Source: Elusimicrobiota bacterium (GTDB lineage Bacteria > Elusimicrobiota > Endomicrobiia > Endomicrobiales > JBDRNC01). From it: a stretch of DNA of 64,000 nucleotides. Where the stretch lies: NCBI GenBank assembly GCA_043811535.1, contig JBDRNC010000018.1:108455-172454 (forward strand), written 5' to 3'. This document shows, piece by piece, positions 27,645 through 36,826 of the stretch (position 1 is the first letter of the stretch; every line of letters starts with the position of its first letter). Below the pieces are notes generated by a model. The model was given only the letters and a program-made list of their open reading frames with translations, searched no databases and was not told where the DNA came from. The position numbers and the translations under genes were made by a program.

Positions 27645-27780
27645 TCTCCAATCAGTGTAATCGTCTTTGAAATAGAAAAAGCCCTCAAATCAAAAATGAT
27701 CCGAGGACTTCATTGTCCTGTCTGTTATCGTTCCTGCTATATTATATGGATATTTTAGCAGTTAATACATATTTGTCAAG
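27645..27780 (-). promoter_or_regulatory. Promoter plus conserved leader attenuator upstream of the PPDK_N-domain gene (copy 2)
   Basis: On the minus strand, TTGACA-N16-TAAAAT, then AGGACAAUGAAGUCCU (loop AAUGAA), then CCUCGGAUCA-UUUU-UGAUUUGAGGG followed by CUUUUUCUAUUUC. About 90 nt are near-identical to copy 1, with G·U-compatible substitutions in the stem. Confidence 0.5.
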
Positions 27781-27787
27781 CGCACCA

Positions 27788-28645
27788 TCACTTGCTCCGC
27801 AGGATATCAGAGACTTTTTTAAGAACGTCAACCTGCCTGTCTATGACGGGAACAGCGTCGTTTTTATAAGCGGGGATATTCTCTTCGAATGTTTTCTTGT
27901 TCTTGCTGACATAAAAGACGCCGAGCCCCAGTTTTCCGGTTTCAGTGGCCCGCTTGAAGGCCTCCTGCCTGTTTTCCGGGTTGTATCCTTCTTCAAGATA
28001 ATAGGTGTTTTCCTTGAACCACTGGTACGTGTTGACCTTATTGAACGTAACGCACGGCTGAAAGATATCCACAAGCGCGAAACCCTTGTGGTTGACGGCT
28101 TTTTTGATGAGTTCTTTGGTTTGGGGCGCGTCGCCGCAATAGGCTCTCGCGACGAATGAAGCGTCAAGCGATATCGCCACGGCAAGCGGGTTGAACGGCT
28201 GGGATATCACGCCGTCCACCTGGACAGGCGTCTTGAATCCCGGGCTGCTGGTAGGGGAGGCCTGGCCCTTGGTCAGCCCGTAAACCATATTATCGTGCAC
28301 TATCACGGTTATGTCCGGGTTCCTTCTTATCGCGTGTATGAAATGGTTGCCGCCTTCGCCGTACATGTCGCCGTCCCCGCTCTCGGCAATGACCGTCAAC
28401 TGCGGATTGACGGCCTTAATAGCCGTCGCGGGCGGGATTGACCTTCCATGAAGCCCGTTGAAATAGTGGACGTTCATGTACTGCGGGGCCTTGGCCGCCT
28501 GGCCGATGCCCGAAACAAGCACCAGTTTCTGCGTGTCAATATTCAGCTCATCCAGCGCCTCTTTCATTAGCTTGAGGATCGGGAAGTTGCCGCAGCCCGG
28601 GCACCAGGCATTGTCTACATTGTTATAATCGAATTTATTTGTCAT
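27788..28645 (-). CDS. korB: 2-oxoacid:ferredoxin oxidoreductase, beta (TPP-binding) subunit
   Basis: [10 protein letters not shown] and TPP-binding GDGDxxxxGxxH-like region ([32 protein letters not shown]). Confidence 0.8.
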   Translation of the reverse strand: MTNKFDYNNVDNAWCPGCGNFPILKLMKEALDELNIDTQKLVLVSGIGQAAKAPQYMNVHYFNGLHGRSIPPATAIKAVNPQLTVIAESGDGDMYGEGGNHFIHAIRRNPDITVIVHDNMVYGLTKGQASPTSSPGFKTPVQVDGVISQPFNPLAVAISLDASFVARAYCGDAPQTKELIKKAVNHKGFALVDIFQPCVTFNKVNTYQWFKENTYYLEEGYNPENRQEAFKRATETGKLGLGVFYVSKNKKTFEENIPAYKNDAVPVIDRQVDVLKKVSDILRSK

Positions 28646-28649
28646 AGGG

Positions 28650-30368
28650 TCAAGGGTCCATGGTCAAGGGTCCAGAAGCGACCTTTGACAACTTATCCAC
28701 GATTTCTTCCGCCGAGAACGGCGAACCGTCATATTTCAGTATTTTATTCTTTATTTCAATACCCGTGTGCAGTTTCAGCAGTTTGCCGAATTGTGAAGTA
28801 GCGTTATTTTCCACAATAACCAGTTTTTTTGCTTTCTTCAGATAATCCGAAGTTTCCGGGTGCACCGGATAAACCTGGCTGAAGTGCAGATGTGCGACGG
28901 ACGCGTCGCCAAGTTTCTCCAGCGCTTCTTTTATGACGCCGAAAGTCGAGCCCCATCCCACAACGAGCGTCTTGTAATCCGGCTTTCCCGCTAATACCGG
29001 AGGTTCCGCGTCTTTTGCCAGGTATTCCAGCTTTTTCAGGCGCTTTTCAACCATTGCCTTGCGGACTCCGGCATCTTCTGTAATGCGCCCGCTTTCATCG
29101 TGCTCGTCGGAATCCGCGCAGACAAAACCCTCGCCGCGCCCGGGTATTCCTCTGGGCGATATGCCGTCCGCAGTGATTCTATATCTTTTGTAGTCTTTTG
29201 CCGTTTCTGTTGTAAATCTTTCAACCTTTAAATCTTTAAATCTTTCAATTGTCGTATTGTAGTAGATATCCATAAGATATTGGTCCACAAGGATTATCAC
29301 CGGGACCTGATATTTGTCGGCGAGGTTGAAAGACTTCTGCGCCAGATAAAAGGCTTCTTCTATCGTCCCGGGCGCGAAAACCGCCCGCGGAAATTCGCCG
29401 TGTCCCGAGTAGAGGACGAATTCAAGGTCGCCCTGCTCGGTTCTCGTGGGAAGGCCCGTGGCGGGCGCCGGTCTCTGGCCGACAATTATTACCGCCGGGC
29501 TCTCTATCGCCCCGGCTAAACTCAGGCCTTCTACCATCAGCGCGAAACCTCCGCCCGCGGTGGAAACAAGCGCCCTCGCTCCGGCATACCACGCGCCCAG
29601 CGACATATTTATCGCCGCCACCTCGTCTTCAGCCTGCTCCGCGACTATGCCGAACTCGGAGGCATGCTGCGAAAGATAAGTAAGCACGCTTGTCGAAGGG
29701 GTCATCGGGTACGCCGAGATGAAATTACACCCCCCTGCTATTGCGCCGAGCGAAACCGCTTCCGACCCGGTTATCAGCATTTCACCGGCGGCAGAAGGCG
29801 TTTTCCTTATGTCTATTGATATTTTTTCCTTGTCCGCCGTTTCCCTGCCGATTTCATATCCCTTGGCGGCCGCGCCGATGTTATTTTTGACGACTTCTTC
29901 CCCTTTTTTTCCGAAGAGTTTTTCCAAATAGCCGTTTACCGCGTCCTCGCCGGCGCCCAGCAGGCCGAGAACAATGCCGGCCGCGACCGTGTTGGCGTAT
30001 ATGGGTTTTCCGAAACCCAGGGCGATTTTCTCAAAGGGCACGTCAATGATCTTCTTATCCGTGCCGAGTTTTTCTTTGTCCCCGATTATGATTGTCTGCG
30101 GAGAGACGCGTTTTTCGAGGTGAGGTATCGCGTCTTTGTCCAAGGGGATGAGTATGTCTATCCTGTCGATATACGACATCACCCTGCCGGAAGCGACGCG
30201 TATCTGCGTAGAGTTGCTGCCGCCGCGCACGCGGGACATGTATTCTTTACTGGCGAAAACGTTATATCCCGACAACTTCAGAATGCCCGTCAGAAGTTTT
30301 TCAACCGTCTGAACACCCTGTCCGGCCTCGCCGCAGATAACGATAGATAGATCGTCTTTAATTAACAT
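28650..30368 (-). CDS. korA: 2-oxoacid:ferredoxin oxidoreductase, fused gamma-alpha subunit
   Basis: N-terminal gamma domain ([11 protein letters not shown]) followed by the alpha catalytic domain. Adjacent to korB. Confidence 0.8.
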   Translation of the reverse strand: MLIKDDLSIVICGEAGQGVQTVEKLLTGILKLSGYNVFASKEYMSRVRGGSNSTQIRVASGRVMSYIDRIDILIPLDKDAIPHLEKRVSPQTIIIGDKEKLGTDKKIIDVPFEKIALGFGKPIYANTVAAGIVLGLLGAGEDAVNGYLEKLFGKKGEEVVKNNIGAAAKGYEIGRETADKEKISIDIRKTPSAAGEMLITGSEAVSLGAIAGGCNFISAYPMTPSTSVLTYLSQHASEFGIVAEQAEDEVAAINMSLGAWYAGARALVSTAGGGFALMVEGLSLAGAIESPAVIIVGQRPAPATGLPTRTEQGDLEFVLYSGHGEFPRAVFAPGTIEEAFYLAQKSFNLADKYQVPVIILVDQYLMDIYYNTTIERFKDLKVERFTTETAKDYKRYRITADGISPRGIPGRGEGFVCADSDEHDESGRITEDAGVRKAMVEKRLKKLEYLAKDAEPPVLAGKPDYKTLVVGWGSTFGVIKEALEKLGDASVAHLHFSQVYPVHPETSDYLKKAKKLVIVENNATSQFGKLLKLHTGIEIKNKILKYDGSPFSAEEIVDKLSKVASGPLTMDP

Positions 30369-30471
30369 AATATTAGGGGCCAGGGTCCAGTATATAAATC
30401 CCCCTTTTCTTCCCCCTTTTTCAAAGGGGGATTGAGGAGGATTTTAAATCCTTGCCCCTTGATCCTGCAGT

Positions 30472-31047
30472 TCAGTAGTTAGTTTCTTTTATCTCAAAAT
30501 ACGCCCTGGGGTGCGAACACACCGGGCATTTCTCGGGGGCTTCCGGCCCTTCGTGGACGTGCCCGCAGTTGCGGCATTTCCATCTGACTTTCTGCTCTTT
30601 CTTGAAAACAAGGCCCTTGTTTATGTTTTCAAGAAGCTTGCGGTATCTTGCTTCATGCTGGACTTCAACGCCCGCGATCATCCTGTAAGCCACGGCAACC
30701 TCTTTGAATCCTTCTTTCTCCGCGACGTCCGCCGCGCCGGGATAAAGCTTGACGTGTTCTTCGTTCTCGCCTTCGGCGGATGCTTTCAGATTCTCAGCCG
30801 TCGTTCCGATAACGCCCGCGGGGTACATTGCGGTAATCTCCACTGCCCCGCCTTCGAGAAATTTGAAGAATACCTTCGCGTGTTCTTTTTCATTCTCGGC
30901 AGTTTCAAGGAATAAAGCCGATATCTGCTCATATCCTTCCTTTTTTGCCGCCCCCGCGAAATACGTGTAACGCGTCCTTGCCTGCGATTCTCCTGCGAAT
31001 GATGCCAGAAGATTCTTTTCCGTCTGTGTGCCTTTTAGACTTTTCAT
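30472..31047 (-). CDS. rbr: Rubrerythrin
   Basis: Diiron ferritin-like domain (EKNLLASFAGESQARTRY...ENEKEHAKVF) plus a C-terminal rubredoxin-like CRNCG...CPVC. AAAGGAG sits 8 nt upstream of the chosen ATG. Confidence 0.85.
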   Translation of the reverse strand: MKSLKGTQTEKNLLASFAGESQARTRYTYFAGAAKKEGYEQISALFLETAENEKEHAKVFFKFLEGGAVEITAMYPAGVIGTTAENLKASAEGENEEHVKLYPGAADVAEKEGFKEVAVAYRMIAGVEVQHEARYRKLLENINKGLVFKKEQKVRWKCRNCGHVHEGPEAPEKCPVCSHPRAYFEIKETNY

Positions 31048-31145
31048 GTAAATTACTCCTTTCAATTATATTGCCAAATGGTTATATGGATAAATGGCTG
31101 TAGACTTTTAACCATTTAGCAATTTAGCCGTTTAGCCATTATTTA

Positions 31146-31526
31146 TTAACTCTTCCATAAGCCGTGCAGATTGCAATACTCGCGAGCGCTAACGGTTGCG
31201 GCGGTGACGCAGAACTCGGCTTCCGGTTTGTCGCCCGGCTTCAAGTACTGGATATACGATTTGCCGTCAGCTATCAGTTCAATCCACTGGATGTAATGTT
31301 TCTCTTCCATAGGATGGGCAACGCCGCCTATTTTTACCTTGTAGCCGTTTGATGTTTTTTCTACAACAGGCACGTGTTTTTCCTTTGCCGCGTCGACAGT
31401 GTTCTCAACCTGCAGATTCATCGGCTGCCCGCAGCAAACCAGGTCCCCTCCGCCCACGAAATTGACCTGGACGATGTTTCCGCATACGCTGCACTTGTAA
31501 ACTTCCCCGCGTTTTTTCACTGCCAT
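31146..31526 (-). CDS. dfx: Desulfoferrodoxin (superoxide reductase, 2Fe-SOR)
   Basis: N-terminal desulforedoxin domain [13 protein letters not shown]...CCGQPM and a C-terminal SOR domain. The start is at MAVKK (AGGAGG 6 nt upstream). Confidence 0.85.
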   Translation of the reverse strand: MAVKKRGEVYKCSVCGNIVQVNFVGGGDLVCCGQPMNLQVENTVDAAKEKHVPVVEKTSNGYKVKIGGVAHPMEEKHYIQWIELIADGKSYIQYLKPGDKPEAEFCVTAATVSAREYCNLHGLWKS

Positions 31527-31625
31527 GTAAACCTCCTGTTTGCCCGGCACTTAAGTGCCGGCTACAATTAATGAATTAAGACTTGCTATTCAGGGACTTA
31601 AGTCCCTTCATTTTCAGCAAGTCTT

Positions 31626-32528
31626 TCATTTAAGTTTATTAATATATTCAAACGCCGATATCGCGGCTTTGGCGCCTTCGCCTGACGCGACTATTATCTG
31701 TTTCGCGGGAACGCTTGTCGCGTCGCCCGCGGCAAAGATGCCCGGAATGTTAGTTTCAGTTTTACAGTTGACCCATATCTCGTTATGCTCGTTCTTTTCA
31801 ACACCCTTTACGAAATCCGTTGCCGGCACCGAGCCTATTTCAACGAATATCCCTTCGACGTTCAATAGCTCTTCTTTGCCGCCGTGATTTATCCCGATAC
31901 CGTTTACAAACTTTTCTCCCGATATCATGGTAACCGTCGTATCATGATAAGCCGTGACTATAGGGCTGGATAACGCTTTTTCAACCATTACCTGGTCAGC
32001 GGTGAATCCCGGGGCATTATCTATGATATAGACCTTCTTGGCTATGTTTACCAGCTGGAGCGCGGCGTCCAATGCAGAGTTGCCTCCGCCTATGACCGCG
32101 ACATCCATATCGGCGAACATCGGCGCGTCGCAGGTTGCGCAGTACGCAAGCCCCTTGTTCCGCAGGCGGTTTTCTCCGTCAACCCCGAGCCGTCTCGGTA
32201 TCTTGCCGGACGCTATTATCGCGGTTTTCGCGCTGTATTCGCCCTTGTTCGTGACTACTTTGACTGTATCTCCGTTTTTTTCAAGCGAGACAACTTCTTC
32301 CCCTTCCTTCGCGGTGATATTGTACTGTTTCAGATGATCCCTGAATTGTTTTACCAGTTCAGCGCCGGTAACAAGCCGGAAACCGGTATAATTCTCTACG
32401 TTCAGCGTCCAGTTTGTCTGGCCGCCGACTTCTTTCGTGATAACGATGAAGTTGATTTTCTTGCGCGCGGCGTAAATGCTGGCGGTTATGCCCGCCGGCC
32501 CGCCCCCAACAATAATTAAATCGTACAT
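31626..32528 (-). CDS. trxB: Thioredoxin-disulfide reductase
   Basis: FAD/NAD(P) GxGxxG motifs (IVGGGPAG, VIGGGNSA) and the redox-active CATCDA. Confidence 0.85.
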   Translation of the reverse strand: MYDLIIVGGGPAGITASIYAARKKINFIVITKEVGGQTNWTLNVENYTGFRLVTGAELVKQFRDHLKQYNITAKEGEEVVSLEKNGDTVKVVTNKGEYSAKTAIIASGKIPRRLGVDGENRLRNKGLAYCATCDAPMFADMDVAVIGGGNSALDAALQLVNIAKKVYIIDNAPGFTADQVMVEKALSSPIVTAYHDTTVTMISGEKFVNGIGINHGGKEELLNVEGIFVEIGSVPATDFVKGVEKNEHNEIWVNCKTETNIPGIFAAGDATSVPAKQIIVASGEGAKAAISAFEYINKLK

Positions 32529-32727
32529 AATGACACCAATTGAAAGATTACAAGATTTAAAGATTACAAGATTATTATTAAAATACCGTTAGCCTTCAAT
32601 CTTTGTAATCTTTCCAATCTTTTAATCATGTAATCGTAGTTATATTCCCAATTCTTTAATCAACTCTTCCCCGCCACTACTGCTTTGGCGGGCCCGCCAA
32701 CGTCTCAGTGGCGGGCTTATCATATCT

Positions 32728-32964
32728 TTATAATCCCAATTCTTTATTCAACTCTTCCTTATCAAATCCTACTATTATCTTTCCTTCGATGTCTATGACC
32801 GGAACGCCAAACTGCCCGGATTTATCCTTCATTTCCTTCAGCGCGTCCTTATCCTGCCCGACGTCAAAATTCTCGTACTGGACGTTCTTTTCCTTGAAAT
32901 ACTCTTTCAGCATCATGCAGTAAGGGCATGTTGACGTCGAATAGACCTTGATTGATTTAGACAT
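32728..32964 (-). CDS. Glutaredoxin-like protein (NrdH/Grx family)
   Basis: 78 aa with VYSTSTCPYCMMLKEYF (CPYC). It has the conserved leader. Confidence 0.7.
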   Translation of the reverse strand: MSKSIKVYSTSTCPYCMMLKEYFKEKNVQYENFDVGQDKDALKEMKDKSGQFGVPVIDIEGKIIVGFDKEELNKELGL

Positions 32965-33030
32965 AATAACTCCTTGAGCACCTTAAGTGTTGTTCTGAAT
33001 TGCCTTATGCGAAATCCGCCGTGGCGGATT
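32965..33030 (-). promoter_or_regulatory. Conserved 5' leader motif (GC hairpin - AUUUCGCAUAAGGCAAUUCAGAACAACACUUAAGGUG - SD) upstream of the glutaredoxin-like gene; representative of 8 copies
   Basis: The minus strand reads CCGCCACGGCGGATTTCGCATAAGGCAATTCAGAACAACACTTAAGGTGCTCAAGGAGTTATT-ATG. Confidence 0.55.
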
Positions 33031-33058
33031 AACCTCCGGTTAAATGTAATCGTCTTAT

Positions 33059-33538
33059 TTAGCTCTTTATCGCGCCCTTAAGCAGCGCGAGTTTTGCCAG
33101 GTGCCCCTGCTCCTGCTCTATTAACTTATCGACTGCCGCGTGTCCTTCTTCCGAAACCAGCTTTTTCATCTCCTGGAACAGAAGGATTGAATCCTTTTCA
33201 AAACCTATAGCCATTCCAACCGCCTGCAGGTCGCTTTTTGCCAGAGAGGCCGCTTCTTTACCCTTATTCTTACCTGTAAAAACGTGTTCTTTCGAAAGTG
33301 ATTTCATGTAGGCATCGTAATCCTCGCTGTACGCCTCAGGCGACTCATATTTTTCAACGGAAGAAAGCATCGCTTTGAAAACCTTCTCGTGTTTTGACTC
33401 CTCGTCCGCGAGAAATTCAAAGATTTCCTTCGCTTCCTTGCTTTTGGACTTTTTGGCCACGTCCAGATAATATTCCCTGCCGTTCTGCTCTATCTGGATG
33501 CCTAACTGAATAATCTCTCCTGCGGAAAATAATGACAT
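33059..33538 (-). CDS. Ferritin-like / rubrerythrin-family diiron protein
   Basis: Start at MSLFSAGEII. Ferritin-like ExxH motifs (EQNGREYY...ADEESKHEKVF ... EQEQGHL). Confidence 0.55.
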   Translation of the reverse strand: MSLFSAGEIIQLGIQIEQNGREYYLDVAKKSKSKEAKEIFEFLADEESKHEKVFKAMLSSVEKYESPEAYSEDYDAYMKSLSKEHVFTGKNKGKEAASLAKSDLQAVGMAIGFEKDSILLFQEMKKLVSEEGHAAVDKLIEQEQGHLAKLALLKGAIKS

Positions 33539-33628
33539 TTCAGCATCCTTTCGCAGATTATACAGATTTGAACTACCGGATTGTCGCAGACAAAACATAT
33601 CCGCGTTAATCTGTCTTGCTATCTGCGC

Positions 33629-34816
33629 TTATTTTAATATTTTAGCGAATTCTTTTCCGAATTCGCGGCATTTATTCAAATCGTCTTCGCTCGGCATGAA
33701 TTGAACGCCTATTGACGGAAGAGGCATTTCAACTCCCGATTTCTTCACAACCTCTTCGATGGCTTTCACGGCGCCTCCGGCCCAGCCGAAAGAGCCGAAT
33801 GCCGCGCCCATCCTTCCCTTCGGCTTCAATCCCTCAAAGAAGTGCAGGAATCCGGCTATAGCGGGAAGCATGTTGTTGTCGTGCGTGGAAGAGCCGAAAA
33901 CATATCCCCTGGCGTAATACATGTCGTCAATGATCTGCGTGATATCCGTCTGCGTGACGTCGTACAGCTTGACGTCTATTCCGGAATCCGAAATGCCCTC
34001 GGCTATCTTTTTAGCCATTTTTTCCGTGGCGCCCCACATTGTCTCGTAAACTATCACCGCTCCGCCTCGCGGCTCGCCCTTTGACCAGTTGACGTAGGCA
34101 TTCACTATCTTCATCGGGTCCTTGCGCCATATAATGCCGTGGCTGGGGGCAATGACCTTTATGGGCAGTTTCATCGCCATGACGTCGTTAAGTTTTTTCT
34201 GTATTATCGCGTTCAGGGGCCAGAGTATATTTGAATAATACTTGGAGGCCTCCTGCATCAGACCGCACTGGTCAACTTCATCGTCAAACCTTTCGCTTGA
34301 GGCGTAATGCTGGCCGAAAGCGTCGTTCGGAAGGAGCACAGCGTCTTCAACAAGATACGTAAACATGCTGTCCGGCCAGTGAATCATAGGGGCTTCCACA
34401 AAAGCGAGTGTTTTGTTGCCGAGACTGAGTTTATCCCCGGTCTTAACTACCTGAAAATCCAGGTTGCCGTAATACATTCTTTGGAGGCCTTCCTTGCACT
34501 TGGCTGTCCCGTAAACCCTGGCTTTCGGGCAGAGTTTCATTATCGCCGGAATCCCGCCTGAGTGGTCGGTCTCCACGTGATTCGCTATGACGTAATCTAT
34601 TTTTGACGGATCAATAACCTGTTTTATATTTTCTATCATTTCTCCCGAGAACGCCCCTAAAACGGTATCTACAAGCGCCGTCTTTTCGCCTGTAATCAGA
34701 TAGCAGTTGTAGGTTGAGCCGCGCTTTGTATTATAGGTGTGCCCGTGGAATGACCGAACGTTCCAGTCAACCGCGCCCACCCAGTACGCATTTTCCACAA
34801 TTTTGATTGCCGACAT
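33629..34816 (-). CDS. Flavodiiron protein (FprA/ROO type; metallo-beta-lactamase plus flavodoxin domains)
   Basis: VIANHVETDHSGG (MBL diiron motif) and a C-terminal flavodoxin fold. Confidence 0.85.
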   Translation of the reverse strand: MSAIKIVENAYWVGAVDWNVRSFHGHTYNTKRGSTYNCYLITGEKTALVDTVLGAFSGEMIENIKQVIDPSKIDYVIANHVETDHSGGIPAIMKLCPKARVYGTAKCKEGLQRMYYGNLDFQVVKTGDKLSLGNKTLAFVEAPMIHWPDSMFTYLVEDAVLLPNDAFGQHYASSERFDDEVDQCGLMQEASKYYSNILWPLNAIIQKKLNDVMAMKLPIKVIAPSHGIIWRKDPMKIVNAYVNWSKGEPRGGAVIVYETMWGATEKMAKKIAEGISDSGIDVKLYDVTQTDITQIIDDMYYARGYVFGSSTHDNNMLPAIAGFLHFFEGLKPKGRMGAAFGSFGWAGGAVKAIEEVVKKSGVEMPLPSIGVQFMPSEDDLNKCREFGKEFAKILK

Positions 34817-34930
34817 AAATAGCTCCTTAATGCAGCGGAGGACTTAAGTCCCCCCTTTAGCTGATTTCCTGGCTAATATATTTGTAAATATCTTTCCGGC
34901 ACTTAAGTGCCGGCTACATATCCGCCGTTA

Positions 34931-35479
34931 TTATGCGCCTGCGGGCGCTGCTGAGCCAATTCCTGTTGCCGGAGGCGTGAATACCCTCACAGCGAGTTCG
35001 CGGTCAAGCAGGAAAAGACCTCCTCCCGTATCCTTGCCCAGAAGTTTCAATTTCTGCAGCGCTTCATCGAACGAGGATTCTTCTTCCACCTGCTCGTTCA
35101 CAAACCACTGCAGGAAAGTATTTGTGGCGTGGTCTTTTTCGGTAACCGCAAGGTTGACCAGGTCATTTATCAGAGATGTTACTACTTGCTCGTGTTTAAG
35201 CGACCTTGCGAACACGTCTTCCGGATTTTTCCAGTCATGCGGCGGCGCTTCTATATCCTGCATCAGCGCTTTTCCGCCTTTCTGAAGTATATAGCTGTAG
35301 AATTTCATCGCGTGAATCATCTCTTCCTGGACCTGCACGCGCATCCAGCTAGCGAATCCTTTAAGGTTGGCGGATTCAAAATATGACGACATTTCAAGGT
35401 AAAGATACGCCGAGTAAAGCTCCCTGTTCATCTGCCTGTTCAACGCCTTTCCCATATTATCTGAAATCCTTGAATTCAT
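34931..35479 (-). CDS. ftn: Ferritin (non-haem)
   Basis: ELYSAYLYLEMSSYFESANLKGFASWMRVQVQEEMIHAMKFYSY. Confidence 0.8.
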   Translation of the reverse strand: MNSRISDNMGKALNRQMNRELYSAYLYLEMSSYFESANLKGFASWMRVQVQEEMIHAMKFYSYILQKGGKALMQDIEAPPHDWKNPEDVFARSLKHEQVVTSLINDLVNLAVTEKDHATNTFLQWFVNEQVEEESSFDEALQKLKLLGKDTGGGLFLLDRELAVRVFTPPATGIGSAAPAGA

Positions 35480-35584
35480 ATGCCGACTCCTAGTGCTTAG
35501 CGATTAGAGAATGGTGCTTAGGAAATGACGGAATATGCTTCAACTATTCCCTTGTCCCTATTCCCTGTTCTCTATTCCCTCTAT

Positions 35585-36010
35585 TTATAACAGATGTTTC
35601 AATATATGTTTTGCTTTTTCCAGGTGTTCCTTTTCTTCATCCCTGATACCCTTCAAAATTAACAGGAAGTTCTTGTCTTCGCACAGTTCTAACATCTCGG
35701 TATAACGCATGTAGGCGGCCGCTTCGTTCTCAATATGTTTTTCCAAAACCTTGTGTATGGAACGCTCGGTTTCCAGCGGCGCGAAATTCCACTGCGCCTT
35801 TCCCCCCAGTTCTATTATCTTCGATGCGATGCGGTCGGCATGCATTAGTTCTTCGGCGCTAAACCCTGAAAACACGGAACCCAGCCTGTCCCCGCCTGCG
35901 ATTTTCGATCTGAACAACTCCGCTTCCCTCAGATATAGAAAAGTATCGTTATATTCCTTTTCAAAAGCCGAATAAAGCAAAGATAACAGCTTCTCTTTTT
36001 TTTCACTCAT
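35585..36010 (-). CDS. Ferritin-like diiron protein, translationally coupled to rubredoxin (ATGAGTGA overlap)
   Basis: Start at MSEKKEKLL. ExxH motifs ([20 protein letters not shown]). Confidence 0.55.
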   Translation of the reverse strand: MSEKKEKLLSLLYSAFEKEYNDTFLYLREAELFRSKIAGGDRLGSVFSGFSAEELMHADRIASKIIELGGKAQWNFAPLETERSIHKVLEKHIENEAAAYMRYTEMLELCEDKNFLLILKGIRDEEKEHLEKAKHILKHLL

Positions 36011-36167
36011 CGGTTTTCTCGAATAAATCCTTTCCCACGCCGCAAACCGGGCAGACCCAATCCGCAGGCAGGCTTTCAAAAGACGTATTCGGCGGAATTT
36101 TGGCGTCCGGATCGCCCTTAGCCGGGTCATAGATGTAGCCGCAAACGGTGCATTTGTACTTTTGCAT
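36003..36167 (-). CDS. Rubredoxin
   Basis: Hand translation: [54 protein letters not shown], with CxxCG ... CPxCG. Absent from the ORF track. It is preceded by the conserved leader and AGGAGG. Confidence 0.85.
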   Translation of the reverse strand: MQKYKCTVCGYIYDPAKGDPDAKIPPNTSFESLPADWVCPVCGVGKDLFEKTDE

Positions 36168-36225
36168 GGAACACCTCCTGTGTTTTCCTAAACTGCCTTA
36201 TGTGACATCCCCGAAGCGACAACAT
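36168..36225 (-). promoter_or_regulatory. Conserved 5' leader motif copy upstream of rubredoxin
   Basis: CGCTTCGGGGATGTCACATAAGGCAGTTTAGGAAAACACAGGAGGTGTTCC-ATG. Confidence 0.55.
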
Positions 36226-36358
36226 TAATTTAATTCATGGAGCAGAGCGGGATTTTGAGCTCCTTTCTACCAAGTCTTCCTCCCCCCTTGTGGGGGAGGA
36301 TTAAGGTGGGGGGGCACCCCCATCCCGGCCTTCCCCCATAAAGAGGGAAGGAGAATGT

Positions 36359-36766
36359 TCACTTCTTATGAAGGCAGTCCTTGCATATTCCCTTGAAATA
36401 TCCGTGTATTTCCCTTACGAGATTGCCTTGTATGTTATTCAGTTTGCAGTTCGGGCATTCAATGTCAATGTCAGTTATTCCCCCGCACTTTTCGCAGAAA
36501 AAATGATGGTGGCTTCCTTTAATAAAATCAAACCTTGCCTCTTTACCGGTGATGCTTATGGCTGTTATTACGCTTTTCCCGGCAAGCTTATTAAGCGTGT
36601 TATAAACGGTGTTCTTTGATATGGTTGGCATCTGTTTGACCATTCTGCGGTAGATACCGTCGGCGGTAAGGTGCTCCCTGTTATTCTCAAGGAATTTCAG
36701 GATTGCCAGCCGCTGATGCGTGGGTTTAATGCCTTTGGATAGTAATAAGTCCTTGATTGTAATCAT
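36359..36766 (-). CDS. Fur family transcriptional regulator (PerR-like by context)
   Basis: HTH and metal-site motifs (HQRLAILKFL ... HHHFFCEKCG ... CPNC). Embedded in the peroxide-defence island. Confidence 0.8.
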   Translation of the reverse strand: MITIKDLLLSKGIKPTHQRLAILKFLENNREHLTADGIYRRMVKQMPTISKNTVYNTLNKLAGKSVITAISITGKEARFDFIKGSHHHFFCEKCGGITDIDIECPNCKLNNIQGNLVREIHGYFKGICKDCLHKK

Positions 36767-36826
36767 TACTAATTGGTATTGTATGCAATTATGCGGGGGT
36801 TGTCAAGAGGGCGCGGATAATATTTC

